DNA of 64,000 bases, from positions 1 to 64,000 of the IMG/VR virus record IMGVR_UViG_3300048623_000062; one strand, 5' to 3'. Below the pieces are notes generated by a model. The model had not been told where the DNA came from, searched no databases, and saw nothing but the letters and a program-made list of their open reading frames with translations. The position numbers were made by a program, and so were the translations under genes. Positions 53,865 through 62,170 of this stretch are shown here, in pieces. The DNA comes from a virus. Lineage: Duplodnaviria > Caudoviricetes. Position 1 is the first letter of the stretch; each line of letters begins with the position of its first letter.

Positions 53865-54575
53865 ATGCCAAGACTCTACTCGTACCGAGAACGCCTCTAC
53901 TCCGACCTCTACGACGCCGTGTCGCCGCGCGCGTTCGACCGCAATACCGACGGCCGAGGCGTCGTCCTCAAGATGTTCAGCAACGAGAACATCGGGAACG
54001 TCGCGCTGACCAACCTCCAGACCGCCGGCCAACTCCCGGATATGGCCATGGCAGTCTACAGTTGGTACGCGCGCACCAACATCTCCGAGATCGGCGGTAC
54101 CGACGCGTTCAAGCGCGCGTGGCACGCATGGGTCAATGCAACGACTGTCGATTTCATCGTCGGAGCGAGGCCGTACGGCGTGCGGTCGCTGGCCAGCCTG
54201 CTCATGGGGCGCGTGCCCTTCGAGTCGACGCCCGACGCCGCCGCGACCGATCGCATCGCCAAGCACGCGTGGGCGGCGTTTAGCAGTGAAATCAGCGTTG
54301 CCACGAACGGTGATCGCGATGGAACCGCCGCCTGGGAAGAGGCGGCATGGCGCCTTCTCTCCCCTCAAGAGCGACACGCATGGTTCAAGGCAGCGACCGC
54401 CAAGGACCCCCGCAACGCGGTTATTCACATGCCGAGACGCACGAGCTTCGGTGTCACCGTGACCAGCGATCCAAGCGCGCTACGGGCGCTGCTCGAGGTG
54501 ATGCCGACCGACGCCGCCCCTCAGGCGCTGGTCTGGGTGCATCTCGAAGGCTGGACGACCCGCGATATCCAGTAG
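53865..54575 (+). CDS. Diverged paralog of putative capsid protein 1 with helical insertion
   Basis: MPRLYSYRERLYSDLYD/NIGNVALTNLQTAGQL/EGWTTRDIQ vs MPRLHGYRERLHQPLWD/NIGNLALTNLQTAGQL/DGLQTRDVQ. Confidence 0.75.
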   Translation: MPRLYSYRERLYSDLYDAVSPRAFDRNTDGRGVVLKMFSNENIGNVALTNLQTAGQLPDMAMAVYSWYARTNISEIGGTDAFKRAWHAWVNATTVDFIVGARPYGVRSLASLLMGRVPFESTPDAAATDRIAKHAWAAFSSEISVATNGDRDGTAAWEEAAWRLLSPQERHAWFKAATAKDPRNAVIHMPRRTSFGVTVTSDPSALRALLEVMPTDAAPQALVWVHLEGWTTRDIQ

Positions 54576-54592
54576 CCTGATATGATGCTGGC

Positions 54593-55321
54593 ATGGCGGA
54601 TGCCAGCTTCGACGCCGACGTAGCCCAAGCGCGAGGCGTCTACCAGACGCTCGGGCCGTGGATCGACCGCTACCACGGCGGGATCCCAGTCGGCTTCCTG
54701 GCCGCCGCCATCTCCCACGAGAGCGGCGGCAACTTCAACGCCCCGGGCGACATCCTGCTGGGCGAGGTCGGTTACCTCCAGGTCGCCGCCTACGTGCCGC
54801 CGCTGTTCGGATACGCGGCCGAGGCGCGGAACGACCCCGAGTCGAACATCGCGATCGGCGTGCTCGAGTACGAGCTCGAGGCCGCGCTGTGGGCGCTCTC
54901 GACGCCCCAGGTCTCACTCGGCTCGTCCGACAACTGGAAACTCGCCCGGCTGGCGTTCGCGGTCGGCCGCTCCGGGTCGCGTCAACTCGCCAACGCCGCC
55001 GCCTTGAGCGTCGGCCTCCCCCAGGGCGACGTGTTCGGCGCCATCCGGCGCTACGTGCAGGTCTCCGGCGGCATCCCGCTCGGCAGCCAGAGCGCGGACA
55101 AGGTCGCCGCGCGCGTGCTCAGCATCGATCGCCAGTGGGACATCGGCCAGGCCGTGGCCTTCGGGATCCCCGGCCCTCCGATGTACATCCCGGATCCGCC
55201 GGCCGGCCCGTACGTCATCCCGCCTGAAGTTGCCCCCTATTTCGTGAAGCCGATCTCAGGTATCCTCCTACTCGCAGCCGGTGGAGCTGTACTCACCTAC
55301 CTCCTACTGAGGCGAGCATGA
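54593..55321 (+). CDS. Lytic transglycosylase (SLT-like) with C-terminal membrane anchor
   Basis: ISHESGG (catalytic Glu), GYLQV, DPESNI; C-terminal TM. Confidence 0.75.
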   Translation: MADASFDADVAQARGVYQTLGPWIDRYHGGIPVGFLAAAISHESGGNFNAPGDILLGEVGYLQVAAYVPPLFGYAAEARNDPESNIAIGVLEYELEAALWALSTPQVSLGSSDNWKLARLAFAVGRSGSRQLANAAALSVGLPQGDVFGAIRRYVQVSGGIPLGSQSADKVAARVLSIDRQWDIGQAVAFGIPGPPMYIPDPPAGPYVIPPEVAPYFVKPISGILLLAAGGAVLTYLLLRRA

Positions 55322-55827
55322 AGCCCTTGATTCTCACGCCCCGAACGAGACCGCAGCCCGGCGGCGCGGGCAGCAAGATCGGCCCCATCTCCACGAATCG
55401 GACGGTGGCCACCGTCCAGACCCCAGCGGTCCAGAGCGGCCAGTCCGAGTACCGGTACCAGGCGAACACCTACATCACCAAGGTCCCGGTCACCGGCGAG
55501 CCGCCGCAGATCATCTACAACGGCGATCGGCTGTGGGCTCGCGTGACCCTGACGCTCGAGACCGCCGGCCCCGTCGCGGTCGGCGAGAACCAGCAGTTGA
55601 CCCCGGTGCTGTCGGGCAAGGGGCAGTTGCTGCAAACGGGCGTCGCGACCACGTTCAACATCGGCAAGGGCAACAAACTCTATGTCGCCGCCACGACGGT
55701 GAACAGGATCAAGGTCCTCGTCGAGGCGGTACCGTGGCTCGAGACCATCACCGGGCTCCTGACCTCGGTGCTCGGATCGATGGGCGGCAGCGTGCTGGAC
55801 CTCGTCCGGTCTCGCTCGAAGCTGTAG
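55318..55827 (+). CDS. Small beta-sandwich virion-like protein
   Basis: RVTL...VAVG...GKGQLL.TG...KLYV...KVLVE. Confidence 0.55.
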   Translation: MKPLILTPRTRPQPGGAGSKIGPISTNRTVATVQTPAVQSGQSEYRYQANTYITKVPVTGEPPQIIYNGDRLWARVTLTLETAGPVAVGENQQLTPVLSGKGQLLQTGVATTFNIGKGNKLYVAATTVNRIKVLVEAVPWLETITGLLTSVLGSMGGSVLDLVRSRSKL

Positions 55828-55830
55828 ACC

Positions 55831-55843
55831 TTGCCACTGGCAA
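55831..55843. repeat. Dispersed palindrome copy (intergenic)
   Basis: cTTGCCACTGGCAA. Confidence 0.9.
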
Positions 55844-55861
55844 CCAGAGGACCCTACCCCT

Positions 55862-56662
55862 ATGTCATACCCTCAGCCCTCAGCGAACGGCTACTGCGTC
55901 GGCGGATCCCAGTTCTTCCGTCTACGCACGCTGCTGTCGTCTCCCGGTGACATCTACGAGTCCGACCAGGGCTGTCTGGCCCTGTCGCTCGGTCCGGACT
56001 CGGACTTAGCGAACATCAACGTCAACTACTTCGATGACCAGGTCACGAACTTCGTGCAGCAGACGACGATCGGCCCGCAGCGGTCGTTCGTTGGTCGAGT
56101 CGACGCGAACCCCAGCGAGACCTACTCGCCATCGAAGGTCCCCGGTCGGATCTTCTTCTGGTCGGCCGATATCTACGATCCGAATTTCCGCCCCAGGACG
56201 TTCGATTTCACCAACGACACGATCAACTTTCAGACGCCGGTTCTCGACGTGGTCCAGTATTTCCAGGCGCCCCCTACGCTGGTTCCGCCGCGCATCGACA
56301 AGCAGTTCGTATATCAGAACTACAACGCGTTCGGCGGCGTGTGCTGGATCGTGGTCCCGTTCTACAGCCGGAAGTTCGCGTACATCCAGTTCACGAATCG
56401 CACCCCGGCGTCGGGAATGACGTTCCAGATCATCGGCGTGAATTTCGCGATTTCGCCGAACCCGAACCCGATGAACCCGCTTGCCGGTCCGCCGTATCAC
56501 CAAGAACGACAAATCTTGGCGCCAACGCTCATCCCGTTCACGACCTCGTCGAACACCATCGTCAACGCGACCACCGTTGGGATGTTCGACGCGCTCGTGA
56601 TCGGCATCCAGGGGGCGGTTGGGCCGGCCCCGCTCCGCATCGTCACCTCGGACACGCTGTGA
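55862..56662 (+). CDS. Beta-rich putative virion (vertex/spike) protein
   Basis: Aromatic/beta-rich composition; structural block context. Confidence 0.55.
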   Translation: MSYPQPSANGYCVGGSQFFRLRTLLSSPGDIYESDQGCLALSLGPDSDLANINVNYFDDQVTNFVQQTTIGPQRSFVGRVDANPSETYSPSKVPGRIFFWSADIYDPNFRPRTFDFTNDTINFQTPVLDVVQYFQAPPTLVPPRIDKQFVYQNYNAFGGVCWIVVPFYSRKFAYIQFTNRTPASGMTFQIIGVNFAISPNPNPMNPLAGPPYHQERQILAPTLIPFTTSSNTIVNATTVGMFDALVIGIQGAVGPAPLRIVTSDTL

Positions 56663-56669
56663 GGACCAC

Positions 56670-57023
56670 ATGCCAGCTGCACTGACCCTTCCGGAGGCCG
56701 CCGGGGCCGCGTTCGACAACCTTCAACTCAAGTGGGTATCGGACAATCTCAAGAGCAGCATGACGCTGTTTTCGAACGGCATCTCTGGTGTCGGGTCCGA
56801 TCAGCAGGCGGACTCTCACCCGATCCGGAACTGGTTCGCGCTGATCGCGAACCTCGCCAATCAGATGCCGTCGTTTGCGGTCGCCATCGGCGATCTGACG
56901 CTGTCGGCCGAGTACATCTACCGGATTTGCTGGGTCACCCAGCAGTTGCTCGACCAGTCCCTCATCACGTCCGGGCAAGCGGCGGCGATCCTCATCGAGT
57001 ACAACGCGGCGTTCACTATCTAG
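56670..57023 (+). CDS. Hypothetical helical protein
   Basis: GAGGA RBS before ATG at 56670. Confidence 0.6.
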   Translation: MPAALTLPEAAGAAFDNLQLKWVSDNLKSSMTLFSNGISGVGSDQQADSHPIRNWFALIANLANQMPSFAVAIGDLTLSAEYIYRICWVTQQLLDQSLITSGQAAAILIEYNAAFTI

Positions 57024-57033
57024 GCTTGCTCGG

Positions 57034-57078
57034 CAGCCTTTGGCCGAGACCCAACTCGCCAGCCTTGGCCGAGACCCA
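57034..57078. repeat. Short tandem direct repeat at convergent junction
   Basis: CAGCCT(T)TGGCCGAGACCCA x2. Confidence 0.7.
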
Positions 57079-57098
57079 CGCTGCGGCGAGATATGATG

Positions 57099-57683
57099 TC
57101 ATCTATACGGCTTACGTCCGTCGCCTGCCAGCTTTTGGATCACGTGCTGGAAGAACGCCGTGGTGAGTGCCTGCGGTCCGCGCTTCGCGCGCATCAGCGC
57201 GACGAGCTCAGCGGCCGACGCGCGCGTGAGGCGCGCCAGCGAGAGAGAGGCGACCAAGGAGGATCGGTTGGCGTCGGCGGCACAGGCGACCAGTACGCGC
57301 TTCCCAGCGCCCAGCGCCTGCGCCACCATGCGAGACGCCATGATCACGGCGGCAAGCTCCTGGTGAGACAGGATGTCGTTCACCACCGGGCAGCGCACCA
57401 ACTGGCCGCGAAACGCAACATGATCGGGCTGCGCCTCCGCTGCGCACAGCACCAACATGTCGAAGTCGGGCAGGTCCCGGTCGACCATCGGCGTGGCCCC
57501 CACCCAGAGCCGCGGCACGATGTTGCTGACATCGAGCGGCTCCGCGCCCGCAGCGAGCTTGCGGCGCCGTCGCTCCGCGGAGAGCCACCCGCCGCGCTGC
57601 GGCGCTGGCGCTTGCTCGTGCGCACGACAGAACAGGCTGCCGGGTTCCCGGCCGTCTGGGCACCGCGGCGCGATGCAGGACAT
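57099..57683 (-). CDS. Dual-specificity protein phosphatase-like with N-terminal Zn finger
   Basis: VSNIVPRLWVG, VLVACAADANRS (CX5R, atypical), MRAKRG. Confidence 0.75.
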   Translation of the reverse strand: MSCIAPRCPDGREPGSLFCRAHEQAPAPQRGGWLSAERRRRKLAAGAEPLDVSNIVPRLWVGATPMVDRDLPDFDMLVLCAAEAQPDHVAFRGQLVRCPVVNDILSHQELAAVIMASRMVAQALGAGKRVLVACAADANRSSLVASLSLARLTRASAAELVALMRAKRGPQALTTAFFQHVIQKLAGDGRKPYR

Positions 57684-58597
57684 CACACCGCCGGAGCGTC
57701 GACCCAGGACAGCGCAGCAAAGGTCTTCGGGCCGATGACGCCGTCCGCAGCGAGGACGTGGAGCGTCTGGAACGTCTTGACCGCAGCCAGGGTCGATGGG
57801 CCGAAGACTCCATCGATGTCGGACGGGTTGCCGGCCGCGCAGTAGTGATCGGTGCTGGCCCCGAATACTCGACGCTGCACCCACTTCACGCGATCACCGC
57901 GCTCGCCTTGCCGCATCACGTTGAAGCGGTTGAGGTCGACGGTGTTCGTGAACCCGTACATCGGGAACGCGTCGCCCTGGTACTGGTGAATCCACCAGTT
58001 GCCATTGTCGCCCCACGGCGGCGGCACCGCCGGGTCTAGATCGCCCTTGGCGAACGGGGTCGGGTCGAGCCGCGCCTTCGCGTGCGTCGGCCACGGCCAC
58101 GGTTTCGCCAGCCATAGCGGGGACGCGCGCATGGCGCCGGCCGGAAGGTTCTTGAGGTCCTCCCTCCAGACCCGCGCGGAGGTGTAGATCATCGGCGCAG
58201 CGCGGTAGACTGAGCTCATCGCCTCCCACGCGCGGCTCACCAGGTCAAGCTCAACCGCCGGCGACGCCGCCGTGTCTTCGACATCGATCGTCGGGATCAG
58301 GTCCTTGCCGGTCAGCGTGCCGACGTTGTCGGCGAACGCGTGGACTTGGTCCTCCGGCGACATCTTCGCGACGATGTCGGGCTTGAGCCGGAGGTAGAGG
58401 TACGCCCCACGGACGAGACCTGCCGCTCCGGCGTTGACCCAGTCGCGGCCGATGACCGGATCCGCGAAGGTGCCCCAGGCACCCCGGAACACCACGAACC
58501 CCAGCGACGATCCCTGGTCCGCACACCCCCGCTTCGCGTCGTTCCAGTTGGGCGGCCGATTGCCGTCCACCGACGCGTAATCGACGCCGACGATCAC
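57683..58597 (-). CDS. GH25 muramidase endolysin with peptidoglycan-binding domain
   Basis: GVDYA, RGAYLY, IDVED, WIHQY..D, DLN; VKWVQ...DGVFGPST...ADGVIGPKT. Confidence 0.9.
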   Translation of the reverse strand: MIVGVDYASVDGNRPPNWNDAKRGCADQGSSLGFVVFRGAWGTFADPVIGRDWVNAGAAGLVRGAYLYLRLKPDIVAKMSPEDQVHAFADNVGTLTGKDLIPTIDVEDTAASPAVELDLVSRAWEAMSSVYRAAPMIYTSARVWREDLKNLPAGAMRASPLWLAKPWPWPTHAKARLDPTPFAKGDLDPAVPPPWGDNGNWWIHQYQGDAFPMYGFTNTVDLNRFNVMRQGERGDRVKWVQRRVFGASTDHYCAAGNPSDIDGVFGPSTLAAVKTFQTLHVLAADGVIGPKTFAALSWVDAPAV

Positions 58598-58968
58598 CGA
58601 CGCCCCGCTGGCAGGGGGAACGGGAGCGCGACCGAGTTGGCGACGAGCTCGGCGATGCGGACGCCGATCATCTCGACCATCTTCATGTAGTCACTGATGA
58701 GGCCGGACGGACAGAATGACCCACGCATGCCCTTGGGTTCGCCGGTGATCGTGTCCACCGTCTCCCATTCGCGGACGATCGCGAAGGTGATGATCCCGTC
58801 GCGGCGACGCTGACTTATGATCCCGACCATCCCGTTGGCGCCCGTGAGCCGGTCGATGTCCACGAACGGTGCCGCCGACTGCGAGCGCAGCGGCTGATGC
58901 TCCGGATTGAGGTGCGGCGCCAGTCGGCTCCGCCGTGAATACGTCGCAGATTCCTTGTGGTTCGCCAT
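58594..58968 (-). CDS. Hypothetical protein
   Basis: ATG at 58968; coupled to endolysin. Confidence 0.55.
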   Translation of the reverse strand: MANHKESATYSRRSRLAPHLNPEHQPLRSQSAAPFVDIDRLTGANGMVGIISQRRRDGIITFAIVREWETVDTITGEPKGMRGSFCPSGLISDYMKMVEMIGVRIAELVANSVALPFPLPAGRR

Positions 58969-59213
58969 GTGAGACACACCGTACCATCTGCTGGTGTATC
59001 CGTGGTAAGAAGACACTACGGGTAGCGGCTCGAACCATAGCGCCTCGGGGAGACCCCAAGGACAGGGTGTATTTGGCTCGGTGTCTCAGTCCGCCGAGTA
59101 ACGTCGGATGGCAAGGGGATGCACCATCCGGGACCTACATTCAACAGACTCGAGCCGTTGCCCGGCTTTCATCGCTTCCGGCGCTGTTGGTCGCAGGCGT
59201 TGAGGTCGCTGAC

Positions 59214-59363
59214 CTATTTTGGGCAACTGGCGCTGTAGGTGTCGTTGCACCATGGCTGCTTGCTCGTCGCCACCGCCCCTGCGGCCACCTGCGTGAGGTG
59301 GGCTGTGGTGAGCGTGCGGATGGTCTCGAGCTTCAGGGCGACGCGCGGTCTGGTGTTCTTCAT
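59214..59363 (-). CDS. RiPP (lanthipeptide-like) precursor peptide, 49 aa, not in ORF track
   Basis: MKNTRPRVALKLETIRTLTTAHLTQVAAG-AVATSKQPWCNDTYSASCPK; GGGGG RBS. Confidence 0.65.
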   Translation of the reverse strand: MKNTRPRVALKLETIRTLTTAHLTQVAAGAVATSKQPWCNDTYSASCPK

Positions 59364-59381
59364 CCCCCAGACTAGCACGCC

Positions 59382-59732
59382 TCAGCGCGACGGCGGAGTC
59401 GCGTACTCGGGGCCGACCATCGACGTGTCGACGACGATCGCCGCGGGGAACTGCGACGGCTCGGCCGCGATCACCTCGACCTGGATGGTCGCCTGCTTTC
59501 CGAGGGCGTTGATATTCACGTTGATGGGGCCGGGCGACTCGGTCACCCCGTCGATATACACCGTCCGGCCGTCGGGGAGCACCCCAACGCGACAGCGCTC
59601 GCTCGGGCAACTCGCCACGATCGGCGAGGTCGTGTCGAGCACGTTGTTCGCCGATCCGATGGAATCGAACGCGGAGTACAGGAGGATGGGACCGAGGTTC
59701 CGAGACTTGCCAACATGAATTTGGAATTGCAC
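59382..59732 (-). CDS. Ig-like beta-sandwich hypothetical protein
   Basis: Probable GTG start at 59732; beta-rich. Confidence 0.5.
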   Translation of the reverse strand: MQFQIHVGKSRNLGPILLYSAFDSIGSANNVLDTTSPIVASCPSERCRVGVLPDGRTVYIDGVTESPGPINVNINALGKQATIQVEVIAAEPSQFPAAIVVDTSMVGPEYATPPSR

Positions 59733-59857
59733 TGGCCGTGGTGTACCATGGCGCTGCCCAAGCCGACCGCAGTAGGTCTCAGGTAAGAGCCGGGTCCTGA
59801 GGCCCACGTACCCACCGTGGAATCGTCCCTGTCAGCTACGGTCGGCCCGGCTTGGGT

Positions 59858-60742
59858 CTATCGTCGCCTGCGCTTCGCGCGTTCAACCACGGGCGGCGCC
59901 TTGAGCAGCCCGCTCACGAGGCCAGCGCCGATGTTGTCGAGCTCGTCCTGCGACACCGCGCTCACGTAGCGCGCTGCGGTCTCCATGCTCTCCCACCCCA
60001 TGTACCGCTGTAGCTTCACGATCGCGTTCGGGTCGCCGGCCAACTGGTTCAGGTAGTTCGTCGCGAACGTGTGCCGGTAGCGGTGCGGAGACATGTTCGC
60101 GATGTCGACCTTCGCTGCGGTCCGCTTCGCCGCGCGATACACCATCACCCGAGCCACCTCCGGGTTATCTGATGCGCTGATGAGATCGCGGACGCGCTCC
60201 CAGTCGGAGAAATCGGCGAGCTCGCGCAATTGCGCCCGGATCGGCTCGGCAGAGATCTCCATGCGCTTGCGACCCTTACCTTCGTACACAAGCTTGCCAG
60301 TGGCAAGCGCGCGCTGCACATCGGCGTTCTGCATGCGCAGGACGTCACTGCAGCGAAGCCCACGGATGGCCATAATGAGCAGCACCTGGCGCATCGCCTC
60401 GTTGCGCATTGAGCACGTCTGCATGTGCTGGATGACCTCGCGCCACTGCTCGAGGTCGAGCGGTTGCTTGGTGGTCAGGCGTCTGGCCGGAGGGAGTCGG
60501 ATGTCCTTGAGTACCTCGGCCATCTCCGGGTTCTTGGAGAACTTCGCCCACGCGCGCAGCGCAGCCATGTTGGTGCGCAGCGAGTTCGGGGCCAGGCGGC
60601 CGGCCACGAGGCGCCGGGTGAGTTGGCGATCCTTGGCGCATGACTTCAGGTTCGACACGTAGAGCGCCGCCGTGCCGATTGACCGACCGCGGTCGAGAAC
60701 CCAAGAGCGGAACTTCGCGAGGTTATGCTCGGTGATTTCCAT
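59858..60742 (-). CDS. Tyrosine recombinase (integrase/resolvase)
   Basis: RGLRCSD (R), GKG (K), PHRYRHTFA (HxxR), YMGW, ARY (Y); likely start 60742 or 60766. Confidence 0.9.
   Translation of the reverse strand: MEITEHNLAKFRSWVLDRGRSIGTAALYVSNLKSCAKDRQLTRRLVAGRLAPNSLRTNMAALRAWAKFSKNPEMAEVLKDIRLPPARRLTTKQPLDLEQWREVIQHMQTCSMRNEAMRQVLLIMAIRGLRCSDVLRMQNADVQRALATGKLVYEGKGRKRMEISAEPIRAQLRELADFSDWERVRDLISASDNPEVARVMVYRAAKRTAAKVDIANMSPHRYRHTFATNYLNQLAGDPNAIVKLQRYMGWESMETAARYVSAVSQDELDNIGAGLVSGLLKAPPVVERAKRRRR
60294..60306. repeat. Dispersed palindrome copy
   Basis: gcTTGCCAGTGGCAAgc (17 bp); inside recombinase CDS (LATGK frame). Confidence 0.9.
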
Positions 60743-60764
60743 CGGCAGCGGTAGGATACCATTC

Positions 60765-61517
60765 ATGGTGAGCGCGCGAACGTTTGTCGATAATCCGCCA
60801 TGGGCAACCCAACTACTGGCCAATGCATACGAGTCTCTCGAGGCTCGTGTTCGGCCGGACTGGTTGCCCAAGCTATCTCGGGTCACTGCCGGCAAGGCAA
60901 CGCAGCGATCCGCGAAGGTCGTGATGAAGGCCGAGATGCGGGAGTACGGCTGCGGCGCCTTCGGATGCGTCATGCCGACGCTTGATGAAACCGTTGTTCT
61001 GAAGCTCACCTCCGACGACACCGAGGCCGAGTTCGCGAGGGGGATCGCCGCCACGCTCGTCGCGCCGATCTGCGTCCGCTACTACGACATCCTCGAGACG
61101 GATCAAACCTTCAAGGGGGAGAGGGTCTGGCTCCTCTGGCGCGACAGCGCCAACTACGTGGGCGACGTCTACGCCGCCTTCGGTGACATGAAGGGCGACG
61201 TGGCGTCGCATCTCATCAATGAGCAGCACCGGTCAGCAGCGTTCGTGCTCGTCAAGGTGTGGAAGATGAGCAAGCAAGGCACCAAGGGCGACCTGTCGGC
61301 GGTCGCCCCGGAGATCAAGATCTGGCGCGCCAGCGTGCAGGACATCATCGCGTCGGCCGTCAAACCGATCGCTGACCTGTTCTCTGGCGTCCTCCGGGTG
61401 TTTGACGAACAGAGGATCTTCATCGGCGACGTGCACGAGGGAAACGTTGGACAGGTGACCCAGGACGGCGTGGAGCGGTGGGTAATCACTGACCCAGGTC
61501 ACGTGGTGGTGTTCTAG
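60765..61517 (+). CDS. Atypical protein kinase-like enzyme
   Basis: YGCGAFGCV Gly loop, VVLKLT, DVHEGNV catalytic loop, ITDPG. Confidence 0.8.
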   Translation: MVSARTFVDNPPWATQLLANAYESLEARVRPDWLPKLSRVTAGKATQRSAKVVMKAEMREYGCGAFGCVMPTLDETVVLKLTSDDTEAEFARGIAATLVAPICVRYYDILETDQTFKGERVWLLWRDSANYVGDVYAAFGDMKGDVASHLINEQHRSAAFVLVKVWKMSKQGTKGDLSAVAPEIKIWRASVQDIIASAVKPIADLFSGVLRVFDEQRIFIGDVHEGNVGQVTQDGVERWVITDPGHVVVF

Positions 61518-61966
61518 AGGACCAGAGACACTACCGGTAGACCTGCACCTCCGTGCAGTGTGCGGGGAGATCTGCCGCTCTATGTCATCAGCGCGCGATC
61601 AGAGTATCGTTTGCCACATGTGGCGCCTTCACGTGCTTGCCCGGTTCCTCAGTTGGTATGACCTCTTGGGTGTCGGGTTGGCGATGTTAGATGGGTCATA
61701 CTGGAAAACGCCGATCTACGACGATCGGAACTTCCTGCCGCCGTCCGAGGCGGGTGCGGCGTTCGAAGGAGGGGATTGATGCCTCGCCTGATCGGGTGTC
61801 GCAAGCCACCGATCTGCATCACGGTGGCATCCGAAACGGTGTGCGTAAGCAACCGATTCACACTTCTCGTTCTCGAGACCGAGGTCGTCCGTCTGCCGCC
61901 ACTCACCGAGGACCAGCCGACGCCGCGTGACTGGCCCGCCGCGTGGCTGGTGAAGTGGAGAGATCG

Positions 61967-62170
61967 ATGAAACGCATCGTCGACATCGCGCTCACACCAC
62001 TCGGTGATGGGCGCGTCCACGTCTACGCCATCCACAAGACCGCAGATGTCACGACGGTTCTATTCGACTGCTCGGTCGAATCTGGACGGGTCACGAGAAC
62101 GATGGACGAGGTCGCACACCCAGAATCCAACGTGCGCAATATCTCGATCTGCGGTCGGGAGCGGTCATGA
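61967..62170 (+). CDS. Small hypothetical protein
   Basis: GGAGAG RBS; coupled to Rep. Confidence 0.55.
   Translation: MKRIVDIALTPLGDGRVHVYAIHKTADVTTVLFDCSVESGRVTRTMDEVAHPESNVRNISICGRERS

Noticed and set aside
60743-61054. N-terminal extension of recombinase to 61054 and of kinase to 60672
   Set aside because: Extensions overlap the opposite gene's coding region; motif-bearing parts start near 60742 and 60765
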